In this document: piece after piece, positions 32,001-43,349 of the stretch
How positions within the stretch are numbered: position 1 is the stretch's first letter
How the letters are laid out: each line of letters opens with the position of its first letter
NCBI GenBank assembly: GCA_008369845.1
Contig: MRSU01000358.1
Coordinates: 1 to 64,000, forward strand
Length of the DNA stretch: 64,000 nucleotides
From: Trichomonas gallinae
Lineage: Eukaryota
Reading direction: 5' to 3'
Program-made: the position numbers and the translations under genes
The notes under the pieces: generated by a model
What the model was told of the DNA's origin: nothing
The model's database searches: none
What the model saw: the letters and a program-made list of their open reading frames with translations, nothing else

Positions 32001-35000
32001 TCAATAAAGTCGATGACAAATTTTATGTCATCAACTTTGTTTTCCAAATGTTTCATCAGGCAAATTGCGAAATATTGCAAGAGTTCAACATCATATTTCC
32101 AAAGAAGAGAAACAATCTTTTGTACTGAGTTGCATTCTAGAGCAAATGAAAGATTTTTCTCGTATAATTCAAGAAGAATTGTTTCCGCGAAATTTAACAT
32201 CACGTCATCAGGCAAAGAACCCCAAAACGCAGAGTTAAACCATAGCATTGAGCAGATTTTTCTCTTGATGTATTCATCTTGGAAGAAATGCCATAGATTG
32301 TATAAAATGCTCAAAAGATCTTTCGAATAAATCGATTTGTCGAAATAAATCAACGAAGCAATTGCTCTGTTTATAGAATTACTCTTCTTGACTTTGTCTA
32401 CAAATGTTGGGTCGCTCATGAACAAGTTCATTGTTGTCGATAATAAGTGAATTGCTGAATCTTTGTTTTTGGTAATAGAAGCAATATAAGTGAAAACGTT
32501 GTTGTTGATGAATTTTTGATAAACATCTTCGTTGTATCTAACAATTACTCCGCTTGTAGTAATCTTTTGTGGGCCAGTTGGATAAACATTCATAATAGAG
32601 TCGTTGATTCCATTCGAAGGATCGAAATAACAAATGCATTCGTCGTTGATTTTGACAACTATCCTTCCGATGACGCAAACTGATTTGTTTCCAATAATAA
32701 GTATAATATTATTAAACGACACTCCTTCGAAATAATCCAAAGGAAGAGACTCCTGGTCATTGATTGACACAACTATGATATTTTTGCGAAGAGAAAGTTT
32801 GAATATCATTGGCTGAATTGGAATATTTTTCATTACTTCTTTTTTGACATCGAACTCATTATTAGGCATCGTCATTGTTAGTTTTCCATCGAAGTCGAAC
32901 TTTATTACTGTCTTTCCGGCAATTAATGTCAATAAAGAAGTCTTGTCTGTTCTGGAAACATCAAAGAAATCAATGCAAATGGTAAATGTTTCGCTTGATG
33001 AAAGATTCGTGAATTCTTGTAGTTCTATTTTGCTGTCTCTGTCTGGAAGATAAATGAATGATCTCGGAAAAGCATGTTTAACAGTCAAAGATCCATCAAT
33101 TAAATCGCAAATAATTGTTGGCCAATCTTCGTTTTTGTAAGATACTAAACTCTCAAGTAAATCTCTTGAAAAATAGCAATGAATGACAATGGAAATCATC
33201 TGGATAATATATTTAAGGTAATGATTAGAGTTTGTTAGTAATTTAACTGCAAAACTTGGGAATTTTGAGAAAACAACGTGCATCGTGTTAATCAATGATT
33301 TTTCCATAGATAGTAGAGCATTATGTAACAATTTCTTGTAATAAATTGTGTTTTGAAGTAATTTGCAAGCTAAAATTAAAGCATTCGCACTTGCTATGTT
33401 CATATTTGACTCCCAGCTGCCGAAAACAATGAAATATAATCGTGAATAAACTTCATTGTTGATATATTTTTCATCAAAATTAAAATCGGCCAAAAAAATC
33501 ACATCCAAAACTTTGTAGTATTGACTTGATGACGACAATAGACTGCAAATCAATCCTAAAACGCTGTTTAATACGTCAGGATACTTTTCAGAATACTCCA
33601 AAAACTTTTCGAGTTTCTTGAATAAAACAAAACCAATTTCAGTGAAATTCAATGTTTGCTTCTCTAGAAACAGAATCGAATCAGTGAATATTTGCGAAAG
33701 TCTCTGAATATTTCTCGGCTTTGGGTCATCTAAAACTTGCTGTGTGTAATAAACTAATCCATTTAGATATGTTTGAGATGGAATTTTGAATAAACAAAAA
33801 GATGTGTTAATTAATTTCGTGTAGAAATAATATGTTGAATCTGTGAATAATTCTTGGAGGAAATATTTGATCATTGCTTCATTTAGGAACATAACCATTG
33901 CGACAGGTTCAATTGTAGACAGCTCAGAAAGGATTCCTAGAAATCTTTTCTGCAAAAAAGCATATTCTTTCGTGTGCATCATCATCCCGCAATTTACGAA
34001 AGCATTGAACGCATCAGGAATTGTTGAAATACTCTGGAAATGTTCTGGGTTTGTTTTTACCAATGTAGAGAACAAACTTATCTGTTCAGCACATATGTGA
34101 ATTGGTGCAGTCGCGAAGAATATAACCGATGAATTAAGGATTTGATACGCGAAACTGATTGACTGAGAAAACATTTTTACTGAGATTTGATGTGAAAGTT
34201 TTCGAATTAGTGTTTTATATGCATATAAATCAGGATCATTTGAGCGTGACTGGTCATAGAGAAAAGGATGAAAAACTAAGTTCCAGTTCTTTGTCTGAGA
34301 GAAGTAAAACTTGATTGTTAAAAAATTTCCATAATTTAATATAAATAAAGCCACGAAAATTAGCGAAATTGCAAGTTTTGGGTGTGTTGATATGTTGTCT
34401 TCTATCAAATCTCTGAGATTTACAAGAGTCGTTGAAAGAAAATCAATAGAACTGAAAATGTTATGAATCTGATTGCAAATATTTATCGCATTTTTGATTT
34501 TATTGTCTAAAAAGTCGTCACTGAACTCTAATCTTTCTGCTTTTTCTATTAAAATCGGAAATTGAAAATATTCGGATTCAAAATCTTCATCTTGCTGCAA
34601 ATTCGGTTTGTTCATTGGTGTTGGATATAGATTCATGAATGGAAGCTTTGGTTCTGGTATTTTTGTGATATCTATGTTTTTGAGTAAAAATACTAAATAA
34701 TTTAATATATTCGAATGTAATGAATGATCTAATAAAAGAGCTTTGCATGTAGGTATATCTGAACATATTTTGAGTATAGATTCTAGTAAAACATTCCCAA
34801 AATCAACAAATTCGAATTGATTTAAATCTGTAATGTTCTGAAGCATTTTACACATTAGTTTGAGGAATATTGGATATATTTTGTCGTTGATTTTTAGTAG
34901 CTTGTTTTCATTTGCGTAAAATTTAATGATTTCCATGATAATTTCGATATCTGAATTTTCTTGAAGCTCTTTTGGACTTAAATTTAGTATAGAATTGGTT

Positions 35001-35665
35001 AAATGATTCAAAAATATTATAGTTTCGTTTCTAATTTGTTCATTATCGATGATAAAATCTTTCTTACATATAAATTCAAAGCAATCTTTCATAAATATTC
35101 GTAAATAAGTGTTTTCTGCATTTTTCTTAAAATTGATAAAGTGCTGAGATATGTTTCCGTAGAATGGAATCAAAAAGTAATTCAAATCTGTTTTAAAGTT
35201 GGTAGGCAATAAAAATATCACTCGAAGCATGTTAAATGAGTTAGAATGTATGATTTCGTTGAGTTTTAGTGGATCATTCCAAAAGAGAGAGTATTGACGA
35301 AGAAATTTAATCGAAATTTGAACGATTTTTCGCAAAATTACATGCATATCATTATCTTTATAGTTCATGATGCCAGGATTCTCGCATATATATGATATAA
35401 AATCGTATTGTTGAGCAGATATTGGATCATTTAATCCGAATAATGCATTTAAGTACTCTTCATTCGATGAAATCGTATCAATGTCTTGTTTGTTGCTTTC
35501 TGAGCCTATAAATGAAACGCTCGTGATTTGATTAAATAATGAAACAAAATTCGGATCAACATGAGAAAGAAATAGTACTGGCTCAAATCTTTCATCAAAG
35601 TACTTGATTATAATTAAGTGGTCCCGCTGCGAAAATTTTCGATCTTTGGCAACAATTCGGAACAT
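29078..35665 (-). CDS. Large, highly divergent Beige/BEACH-family protein (ConA-like, PH-BEACH remnant, WD40-like C-terminus)
   Basis: 2195-aa ORF. YLNFSSGKSFN...YPVFP, ELTPEFF and LHKWIFNMF match BEACH motifs. A PH-like AVELF segment precedes them. Confidence 0.75.
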   Translation of the reverse strand: MFRIVAKDRKFSQRDHLIIIKYFDERFEPVLFLSHVDPNFVSLFNQITSVSFIGSESNKQDIDTISSNEEYLNALFGLNDPISAQQYDFISYICENPGIMNYKDNDMHVILRKIVQISIKFLRQYSLFWNDPLKLNEIIHSNSFNMLRVIFLLPTNFKTDLNYFLIPFYGNISQHFINFKKNAENTYLRIFMKDCFEFICKKDFIIDNEQIRNETIIFLNHLTNSILNLSPKELQENSDIEIIMEIIKFYANENKLLKINDKIYPIFLKLMCKMLQNITDLNQFEFVDFGNVLLESILKICSDIPTCKALLLDHSLHSNILNYLVFLLKNIDITKIPEPKLPFMNLYPTPMNKPNLQQDEDFESEYFQFPILIEKAERLEFSDDFLDNKIKNAINICNQIHNIFSSIDFLSTTLVNLRDLIEDNISTHPKLAISLIFVALFILNYGNFLTIKFYFSQTKNWNLVFHPFLYDQSRSNDPDLYAYKTLIRKLSHQISVKMFSQSISFAYQILNSSVIFFATAPIHICAEQISLFSTLVKTNPEHFQSISTIPDAFNAFVNCGMMMHTKEYAFLQKRFLGILSELSTIEPVAMVMFLNEAMIKYFLQELFTDSTYYFYTKLINTSFCLFKIPSQTYLNGLVYYTQQVLDDPKPRNIQRLSQIFTDSILFLEKQTLNFTEIGFVLFKKLEKFLEYSEKYPDVLNSVLGLICSLLSSSSQYYKVLDVIFLADFNFDEKYINNEVYSRLYFIVFGSWESNMNIASANALILACKLLQNTIYYKKLLHNALLSMEKSLINTMHVVFSKFPSFAVKLLTNSNHYLKYIIQMISIVIHCYFSRDLLESLVSYKNEDWPTIICDLIDGSLTVKHAFPRSFIYLPDRDSKIELQEFTNLSSSETFTICIDFFDVSRTDKTSLLTLIAGKTVIKFDFDGKLTMTMPNNEFDVKKEVMKNIPIQPMIFKLSLRKNIIVVSINDQESLPLDYFEGVSFNNIILIIGNKSVCVIGRIVVKINDECICYFDPSNGINDSIMNVYPTGPQKITTSGVIVRYNEDVYQKFINNNVFTYIASITKNKDSAIHLLSTTMNLFMSDPTFVDKVKKSNSINRAIASLIYFDKSIYSKDLLSILYNLWHFFQDEYIKRKICSMLWFNSAFWGSLPDDVMLNFAETILLELYEKNLSFALECNSVQKIVSLLWKYDVELLQYFAICLMKHLENKVDDIKFVIDFIEHAEPSKTQQLLVYLLGLHPQTKYNNNIVSKLLEIGIQDKIIDIINTKRDKNIHIDEKLFINYPNKFLVCNNPGCLYDIIFCMSKYISNDSFICFIQKLSQIEMNKIIENSKFVLEWMIFTISQFDNVLDIALIRFISNIMFSCTNFSYYVKTIICFLKIMKIDSYFLESIFLEILGQKKEEKTMTEKLGIMSIFLFYVPIIETDLTISDKITNIDQVVEIIDKIHYLQIKFVENEKPSLFVIRSIFEYVYLFRDDFLKTRLQITKNQFITLPQILTHMLSIYIQNYGNWFKIIEFFTKDSLIENDITALSVFLFTCYYNNDRQTFIDLFNKYKNILLTSFYNDENINNDVDSFVCNALAEVSQYMTILFHNYAKSINWHEEYNKHQFNEITIKKNTDFQVFYEIEKIKNEFIIQNNNNKQLSKKVLLFSRNFEPFMHGKPPIIYIEKESEVCENVSILQFGVELKTIIYYSNNTIVIGGYVISTKDIQYAYKREYNDKKAVELFLNNSIMIFIIFSKNFVSFVDFLVENHVNMEPDYTKMIEELFVGNITLNYFLIYLNFSSGKSFNTPKNYPVFPKPRDDLSMVLPVMSDEDVSILFKIPNNDIVSLKYNELTPEFFSCPDSVVSFKVSTSEVKENCRFLYSEQSLKFLHKWIFNMFNVMIPSLASVSNSQRIDTSILSKDFNALETNEICHTMNMSQNTISFLFSKHIERVNLMVNSGKKVINQQDQILLPFEIEHENATISAFSNDLSLCVIYKQFEKKLMILHLTQNAYTCDEFLFNVCDMIPFENDSVIGICDDGTFFITNTRKFLTVKLPIVNTKSMVCSEILMTIAILSSDGMIYLLNTSDFKIFHMFKACSQADKPRKIAIFDSGLLFVLTENSIIHAFTISGNFMKSHDMNLSITQFNEVLFNQNMEFLFVSTDNCGVFILNPYNFEVIKKLSSSKPIKKITYSKYYKTVVAMPKPNTIQLISF

Positions 35666-36298
35666 TGAGGAAGATTTGATCCAAAATGAATTAAAAACAA
35701 GAGTAAAGAATACTCACATCACATATAATACTTAGAAAGCAGTAAGGTTTGGATAAAAAATCTCTTTGATCAAATTCTGCAGCAATTACTAAAGCTATTC
35801 TATCTTTTTTTTTATTGCAACATCAAATAGTGAATTTTAGGTAAAAGAATGAAATGTTAGCAATACAATCTAATTAGAGAATGTATTCATGAAATATGAA
35901 TAACCAAAATCATGTTTGAATTTTTTCATGCAGAAAGAATGAAAGCTATTTGTCCAACAATTCATTAGAACTATTTTTAAGCACATGTCATTGTGTTAAC
36001 TTATCAAGCATCACTATTATGTGTCAAGTGCCAAAGAAAAAGCATGATATCTTATTTTGACATAAAATTGTATTACAAAAAAAGCAACTCAGCAAATATA
36101 TCAAATTTGATATTTAGTGAGACTGTGCTTATCTTCTCTTATGATAACATGGTTTTAGTTTTTTGATTATCAGTTGCTAAATTTACCAATTTTTATGGTG
36201 GAGATTTTAGAGAGAAAAGACAGTTGTAAATAAGGTTATTAGGGATCTTATATCAATGATGTAAACTATTCAATTTCTCCCCCTAAAAATTTTCAAAA

Positions 36299-37297
36299 AT
36301 GAGTGATGAATTTGGTTTTGATGACTTTGATCCTTTCTCTAATATGCAACAGGAGGATCAAGGCGATCAGAACCCGGACCCATTTGGCACGGGCGAAACT
36401 TTTGGCAATGACCCTTTTAATTTCGACCAAGATGCAAAAAACGATTATTCATCAAGTTTTTCGTGTGATTCAAACAGTTTTAATAGAGACCGCGCGGCCT
36501 ACTTCTCAGAACCTTTCCGAAATACAAGAATTCAATCTGCTGGTTTATCACCAATAGAATTTCCAACATCACCTCAACATATGCACATGCTACATCCACA
36601 ACAGAGACTGCGCAGCTTTAACGGCATGACGGCGCCAAATATGGTGCCAATTGCAAAAAGGCCACTTGGACCTACTCTTCCTTCAAAACTATGTGCAGCT
36701 GCCATGGATTCTTTCATACCCAGAGCGAAGCGTAGCAAAAGAACAGAGATGTGGCACTCACTTGATCAGATTTCTGCACGAACCGATGATCAATTCAACG
36801 CCATTTTAGATGCAAACGCATTTTTCATTAATCCAGCGCAGTGCGGCTTCATACCTTCTCTATTCTGGCCTAACAAAGATTATGTGTTTGGTGACATAAT
36901 CCAAGACTTTTTCCAAAGAAAGAGCAACGTTAACTGTCGTTTCGTGCACAAACTATATAACGCGCTTAAAATAGTACAACTCTATCCGTCAATGAAAGAA
37001 TTAATCGGAATCGAATGGGTGACGCCGCACATCTTGAAATGCAGGAAATGGACTTTTGCCAGGCTCCTGGGCATAAAATCCATAGATGGAGGACTTTTCC
37101 ATAAGCAAGGGAATTTTCCAAGTCTTGGATTTAAAGAATTGAATTTAGACGAAGCTAATGTTTATTGCCAGGGTGCTGATATATCGGATGTTGATTTCGA
37201 CAACGTTAAATTACTCGTTCATGCTCCTGGACAATTTACATCGAATTGGAATGAAAAAATCGTTTTCCAGCTTACGAATAGCTTTATTCCAAGGTAG
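36299..37297 (+). CDS. Initiator-binding domain (IBD; IBP39 family) transcription factor
   Basis: RKSNVNCRFVHKLYNALKI...IGIEW...FARLLGIKSIDGGLFHKQGNFPSLGFKEL is the parabasalid IBD signature. Confidence 0.85.
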   Translation: MSDEFGFDDFDPFSNMQQEDQGDQNPDPFGTGETFGNDPFNFDQDAKNDYSSSFSCDSNSFNRDRAAYFSEPFRNTRIQSAGLSPIEFPTSPQHMHMLHPQQRLRSFNGMTAPNMVPIAKRPLGPTLPSKLCAAAMDSFIPRAKRSKRTEMWHSLDQISARTDDQFNAILDANAFFINPAQCGFIPSLFWPNKDYVFGDIIQDFFQRKSNVNCRFVHKLYNALKIVQLYPSMKELIGIEWVTPHILKCRKWTFARLLGIKSIDGGLFHKQGNFPSLGFKELNLDEANVYCQGADISDVDFDNVKLLVHAPGQFTSNWNEKIVFQLTNSFIPR

Positions 37298-37671
37298 TAT
37301 CTATAGCCATCCCAATATTACTGATTTCTTTTCATGAATATATTTTTTGTTTGTATTTTAATACTAAATTTCGATCGAATTATGTAGATCGTATCATTCA
37401 CATCTATCCAATTCATACTAAGCTACCGAAGATTGCAAATACGCAAGATATTTATTTTTTTTAATTTCTCATCCAAATCAAATTTGCTGTTCATATCCTA
37501 TCAATATAATCACTTTCTTGAATATCAAAAGCGAAAAACTTGATTTTGAGCTTTATTTCAATGAAAATTTCTAAATTTTATTGAATATCAATTTTATAGA
37601 TGAAATATGTTTGTTATTGCAAAGGTTATTGAAATAGTTTATAATGATAGATGTTTGGATTAAATACAAAA

Positions 37672-39765
37672 TTATAAATAATCAATATTAGCGAGATGCT
37701 GCATTCTTTCCAATTGCTCCTTATTCAAATTTGAAGCCATGCAGAACTCTTCTGCATTAACTCCACACATATAAGAAGTCATGCAAATTGAGTGAGATGT
37801 TGTATGACAGATGCCAGCACCAAGCTCGCAGATAATTCTATAGCTTGTTCCACCGCTAACCTCAACTCTTGGAACTAAATCCATGTCAGGTATAGCATCG
37901 ATGAACGAAATTGGGAAATTCTCATTATATTTCTTATCATCTGGGACCCACAAACCATGGAAGACAGTAATGCCAGGTCCACTCAGCGAGAACGATGACT
38001 TTCTAAACTTCTTCGCCATCATTTTAGCTAAAGCGCCGCCTAAACTGTGTCCGACGAACATAACTGTTTCGCTGAATGTATCCTGGTTCTTCTTATAAGC
38101 GTCAATCAAATCATTCATGTATGTAGGAACAATAGTGAAGCTCAACAGTGTCCTGAAAGGGTAATTGATGATATCTGATGTGGTCATGTAAGCGTGCGAG
38201 TCAACTTTGTTGATGAAAGGTGCGAATTTTCTCGCGACAGTCATGAACAAGCTGCAGCAGAACAACTGCAAGTCAATCCACCAGTCAATCATAGACGTGG
38301 AGCCTCTTATTGACAAAACAGTAACTGTCGAATTGTCAGCCATCTTAGCATCATATCTGAACATCTGCGCGCTGTCTTTATTTGTCAACATTCCTGTTGT
38401 TGAAACAGTAATATTGTCATAGTAAAAGAACATATTGTTCAGTGTGTCAACGCTCGAATTCGGTCCTGTGTTGTAATAAGCATCATCAGCGAAGACCATC
38501 AATTGCAGTGGCTTCAAGCCGTGAATTGTTGTGTAGCACAAAGGAGATCTAACGTGATTGCTTGTGAAGTTATTAGGAATAGTGTAGTTAATATCTATAT
38601 CTCTTGGCTGATTCTCAACGTGCTTCGGGAAAGCAATCCAGGCACCAAATAATATGATAACGAACATGTTGATGACTACATAAATGACAGCTGAAATTCT
38701 CGGCAATTGTCTGAAGTAGCTCTTCTCGAAGTTCTGTATATTCACTGATCTATCGAACTCGCCGTCAGCCTTAGGAGCAGTGACATTGTGGTTCTCGAGG
38801 AATTTCTTGCACCAGACAAAAAATGTGTGAGAGAATTTCGCTAAGAACCAATATGGAAAATCGAGAATAAAGATCGGTGGAACTAAAACGAACCAAAAAG
38901 TGGCAGTAAGAGCAATCATTGCTGGAGTCACATCATTCTTGTGCATTGAGAATGCAGCGCATATCATCCCGAACGAAGCAAGAGTAATCAAAACTTCTCC
39001 GATGAATTTCACTGAGCAAATCTTGAAATTCACTTGTTTCAAGACTACTGACTTCACGAATGGATCTCTAATGTTCTGGATCACTTCTTCTGTGAGGCCA
39101 CGGTTTCTTCTGAAGAGGCCGACTGTAAATGTCAAAGTATAGAGGATAATTTCGAGAATAAAATGTGCAAGTGGAATTATTAGAACAATTAAGTTAATCG
39201 CATCGAAGTATGTATATGGTCCGCCTATACCAACTAGTAATAAGAACACAATCCAAATTAAACCAAATATCATACATAAAATATTAAATATTTTAGTAAA
39301 CCAGCTTTTTGGTGATGTATTGAAGTTTGCATCATCATTGTGTACATATTCCTTAATGCATGGAATATTTATAACTGGAGATTTTAATAAATAATGAATA
39401 GTGAAAAATGGATTAGAATGACGTAAGTATGGAAATTTGATGAACTCCCAGACGATAACTATGTAAAAATTTGATATTGCTAGCGAATAAAATAAGAAAA
39501 TAATGATTGAGATCGTAGAAATGAAATCAGTTTTCCAAAATGATGATGTCATGATCAATAAATACTGGCAGAACCATCCGAATAATATGACAAGTGAGTA
39601 TAACGACCCAAGAGTAAATAATATTCTTGTGATAAAGGAAAATTGCGCGAAAAATCCGAATATCTTTGAACATTTTCCTTCCTGGTCAGCCCAAATATCA
39701 TCATGTGCGAGACTGAACTGCGATTCTAGTAAATCGCCATGTAATGATGAATGGGGAGATGTCAT
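37672..39765 (-). CDS. Multi-pass membrane lipase (class 3)
   Basis: About 7 hydrophobic helices, then SIRGSTS, VGHSLGG and DLVPRV. Start taken at MTSPH (39765), directly after AAAGTGAC; an ATG at 39789 is the alternative. Confidence 0.9.
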   Translation of the reverse strand: MTSPHSSLHGDLLESQFSLAHDDIWADQEGKCSKIFGFFAQFSFITRILFTLGSLYSLVILFGWFCQYLLIMTSSFWKTDFISTISIIIFLFYSLAISNFYIVIVWEFIKFPYLRHSNPFFTIHYLLKSPVINIPCIKEYVHNDDANFNTSPKSWFTKIFNILCMIFGLIWIVFLLLVGIGGPYTYFDAINLIVLIIPLAHFILEIILYTLTFTVGLFRRNRGLTEEVIQNIRDPFVKSVVLKQVNFKICSVKFIGEVLITLASFGMICAAFSMHKNDVTPAMIALTATFWFVLVPPIFILDFPYWFLAKFSHTFFVWCKKFLENHNVTAPKADGEFDRSVNIQNFEKSYFRQLPRISAVIYVVINMFVIILFGAWIAFPKHVENQPRDIDINYTIPNNFTSNHVRSPLCYTTIHGLKPLQLMVFADDAYYNTGPNSSVDTLNNMFFYYDNITVSTTGMLTNKDSAQMFRYDAKMADNSTVTVLSIRGSTSMIDWWIDLQLFCCSLFMTVARKFAPFINKVDSHAYMTTSDIINYPFRTLLSFTIVPTYMNDLIDAYKKNQDTFSETVMFVGHSLGGALAKMMAKKFRKSSFSLSGPGITVFHGLWVPDDKKYNENFPISFIDAIPDMDLVPRVEVSGGTSYRIICELGAGICHTTSHSICMTSYMCGVNAEEFCMASNLNKEQLERMQHLANIDYL

Positions 39766-41219
39766 GGTCACTTTTTTGACAATTTGCATTACATGACAGA
39801 TATGAAATGTAAATCTGTCGGATTTTGTTTTATAAAAATGTTACATGACAGATTTGATATCACTTTTTAAAGAGTAAAACAATTTTTGAAGGAGTTTGAC
39901 GTGTTTGCTTTCTATTTTAGATCCTTCATATGGTGTAGATACCTGCATTTTCGATTATTAAGCAATTATTAAGCAATGACATTTCACGCATTTGTGATTA
40001 TTTGCATTTTGACAGTTATTCATATTATTTTTGGGGTGTACTCATTCATAAGATGATTCATGCGCCGTTGAGGACGATCAGGCTAAAAATTTTGAAAATC
40101 AAGATTTCGCACTAAAATGCATAAAAAATAGCAATAATCTCGATATGAGTTATTGATAAAATCATCGATTGAATACTAAACCATCGATCAATTCACAAAA
40201 AGGGCCATTGAAACATGATTTTAAGTTAATCTTGCCACTAATGAAATATTGATGGCATGAGGCATATGATAAAAGCTATAAATCATGATTTTGAAATAAT
40301 CTGATTTTTTTTCGTTACTTGGCAATTTGAATGTTTACGTGTCAAATGTCGGTCTGAGAATGTATTGTTTTACATCATGTGTCAATTCTCGTCGGCTACT
40401 TCTTTCGGTACATAAGAATGAACTGAAACTAGAGATTCATTTGATATAAACTATTAATTTTATAATCGGTACAATTAATAGATTTATAATCTAGAACAAT
40501 TACCAACCATCTAACTTGCATTCACAATATCGATACAACGAAAATGTTAAATTTTGCATCATTCGTTAGACAGGTAAAAAAGTACCCACAAATGATGCTG
40601 AAGCAGAATAATAAGGATCCATTTTGTAGTAATGAGGATTGACAATTCCTGTTGAAAAATCAAAAAATATGAAAATCAATTATTGCATTTTAGTGATATC
40701 AATGAGTATTTTTAATTTGAAAAAATTCAGAAATCAACTAACCTTAGAAAAAGTTACTGAAATCGTCCAATGTTATATCAAACACATATATTACGATTAA
40801 CTACATGATCTTGTTTAGCAACGAGCTCGAAAAACGAATATTTATGCGAATAGAGAGAAAGAAAAAATCACAAATGTTTCACCTAAAATTGTAATTAGTT
40901 TTTAAACAATATTTTACTGTTTTCATTTTAAGTATATTTTAATTGAAAACAAATGATGATTTTTAGCCGGAAAATATTGATCTTTACTATGAATGGAGCA
41001 GGTTAGTTTCGGGCTTAAGAATTTTTGTTAGGGTTTTGCTTTATTTTTTCTGGGTATCTTTCAAATCTAATGATATCTAATTTTGTGTTTTTTAGTATAC
41101 TTGCAGTGATAATATTTGATAGGAGTTACAACTTTGCATATTTTGAGAACATTTTTCAATATTGAGAGAAACCGCAATTCCCTCTCAAATGGGGCGTTAG
41201 AAATTTGACAGGGTATCAT

Positions 41220-41792
41220 ATGGATTTGAATGCTGTTACGGGAAAATTGAGAGGTAAACTAAAGGTGACATACACCATGTTAGCAAAGAGCTCATTGAGT
41301 GTTAATGAAAAGCCCACACAGTACAGGACCTTATTCACAGAGGAAGAGGATAGACTTCTCAGGAAGCTTGTAGAACAGTATGGTGAGAATCAGTGGGAAT
41401 ATTTAAGTCGACAGATTGGAACTAGATCGTCTAGACAATGCAGAGAGAGATGGACCAACTACCTCAGCCCAAGATTGTCTCAGGGACCATGGAGCAAGGA
41501 AGAGGATAAGCTTCTTTTCCATAAAGTGAAGAAGTATGGTAAAAAATGGGAATTGTTAGTTAGGTTCTTCCCAACCAGATCCAGGAATAATATCAAGAAT
41601 AGGTACAATACTATTGTTAGAAAGGGAACTGGCCTTGGCTTAGAAGTCGGTACAGTTGAAGGATTCATCCTGTCAGCTGAACGTGTAGAGTCTCGCAATA
41701 GACCAGCCACCAGTAGCAAGAAGGATCTTACACTGAACCTCCCTCAGTTGAATCCTATTGAGAAGTATTCCATTCAGAATTTCCTTATCTAA
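41220..41792 (+). CDS. R2R3 Myb-like DNA-binding protein
   Basis: FTEEEDRLL...W...RSSRQCRERWTNYL...WSKEED...W...RSRNNIKNRY. Start may instead be 41277. Confidence 0.93.
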   Translation: MDLNAVTGKLRGKLKVTYTMLAKSSLSVNEKPTQYRTLFTEEEDRLLRKLVEQYGENQWEYLSRQIGTRSSRQCRERWTNYLSPRLSQGPWSKEEDKLLFHKVKKYGKKWELLVRFFPTRSRNNIKNRYNTIVRKGTGLGLEVGTVEGFILSAERVESRNRPATSSKKDLTLNLPQLNPIEKYSIQNFLI

Positions 41793-42798
41793 GGATTGTA
41801 TAGAAAATATCTCCTATTCGGCGCGTTGTAATATTATCGGTAAACGTTTTTGTTTTATCTAATCATGAATCGACTCTTTCTTGCAATTTTGAAAATAATT
41901 AAATTTGCCAATATTTTCATGATGAATTGCAAAATGTATTGCTTATCCATAGCATATTTGTTTAATAACATCTCATCAATTCATTAGGGTTTATAATAAT
42001 CCGCAGTAATAAAACGAATCGACATCAATAATGTCTTACATTACCTTTCGATTTTACACGGTTCAAGACATATATTAACATCATTCGCAGGCAGTTATCT
42101 GAACGCAAAAATCAATAAAATTAGTATGACAATCAAGCCTAGTAACGATAATAATAGCTTCCAGTAACTGAAATAAAACGAAATTCATGAATTCGATGAT
42201 TCGTAATCATATTTTCTCAAATCTTTCAAAATTTGAAGTTCGATAACAGATTTAAACGTTCTAGATAGATATCTCCGCTCAAGTTATGTATCATAATTCA
42301 TTTTTAAAAATAGAAAATATATTACGAGAGTAAAACTCACTTAGACGAAACTCCGCGACATGGCATATTACTATAATTGAGTAACTCTCCACTGTCCGCA
42401 TTAAACTAAACTCGAACTACTCATATCAATTCAGGAATTTTATAAACTCTTGCCATTTTGTTTCCATTAATTAATATTTTTCCAGTATGGTTTAAATCAG
42501 GAACTGAAACTGATCCAAAAAACAATCGAAAATTTGACCGAAATTAAAATGATCATAAAATCCTTTTTGGAGCTTGAATTTACACAAATCTGTGGATTAT
42601 CAGATAATAGACAGACTTTCGCCATATTAAACGGAAAATCAAAGAAAAAAATTTACTGAAGCGGAGTTCAAAGTAATAACTCATTTCCATTAGATCGTTC
42701 TAAAGAGCAGTATTGATTAAACGTGGAACCACCTCAAAATGTAGCTTTTTTGTATCAATTTTATTTCTGATCGTTCAATTTTTGAATGGTCTAAAATC

Positions 42799-43086
42799 AA
42801 TCCCCCTCTTATAGTTTGTGAGACCCCGTTATATTTGTAATTCTCAATCCCCCTCTTTTGATTTTTATGGCCCTGCTATATTCGAAACATTACAGGAGTC
42901 AAGGGAGAATGTATAGATATCTTTACTGTATACTTATACTTGCGTTGTTCTTTCTCTGTATCATCGCACTCAGCATTTAAATAGGTTTTTCCTTTGTTGC
43001 AAAAATCTAAAGTTATTAATCCCCCTTTTATAGTTTTTAAGACCCTGTTATATTCGAAATATTAAAAATTATCAAACATTACATGA
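42799..43086. repeat. Three diverged ~45-bp units (AATCCCCCTCTTATAGTTT...GACCCYGTTATATT), possible transposon remnant
   Basis: Copies at ~42799, ~42846 and ~43018. Confidence 0.7.
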
Positions 43087-43349
43087 GACTAGAACAAAGA
43101 TGTTCAGCTCCGTATGCATTTTGGTCGTCATCGGCTGCCGAGTCCACGCAAAAGGAAATCGAATGTTTTTAAAATTCCATTATAAAATTGACACGTAAAC
43201 TAAAAATTTGTCAAATTATCTAACTTTGAATATCACAATCGATTTCAAGGAAGCAATTACCAAAAACCAACTAATTGTCTCATATTATTTAAATTAGAAG
43301 TCAAATAATCAACATAAAATTAATTGTATAAAATAAAGTTTACATATTA

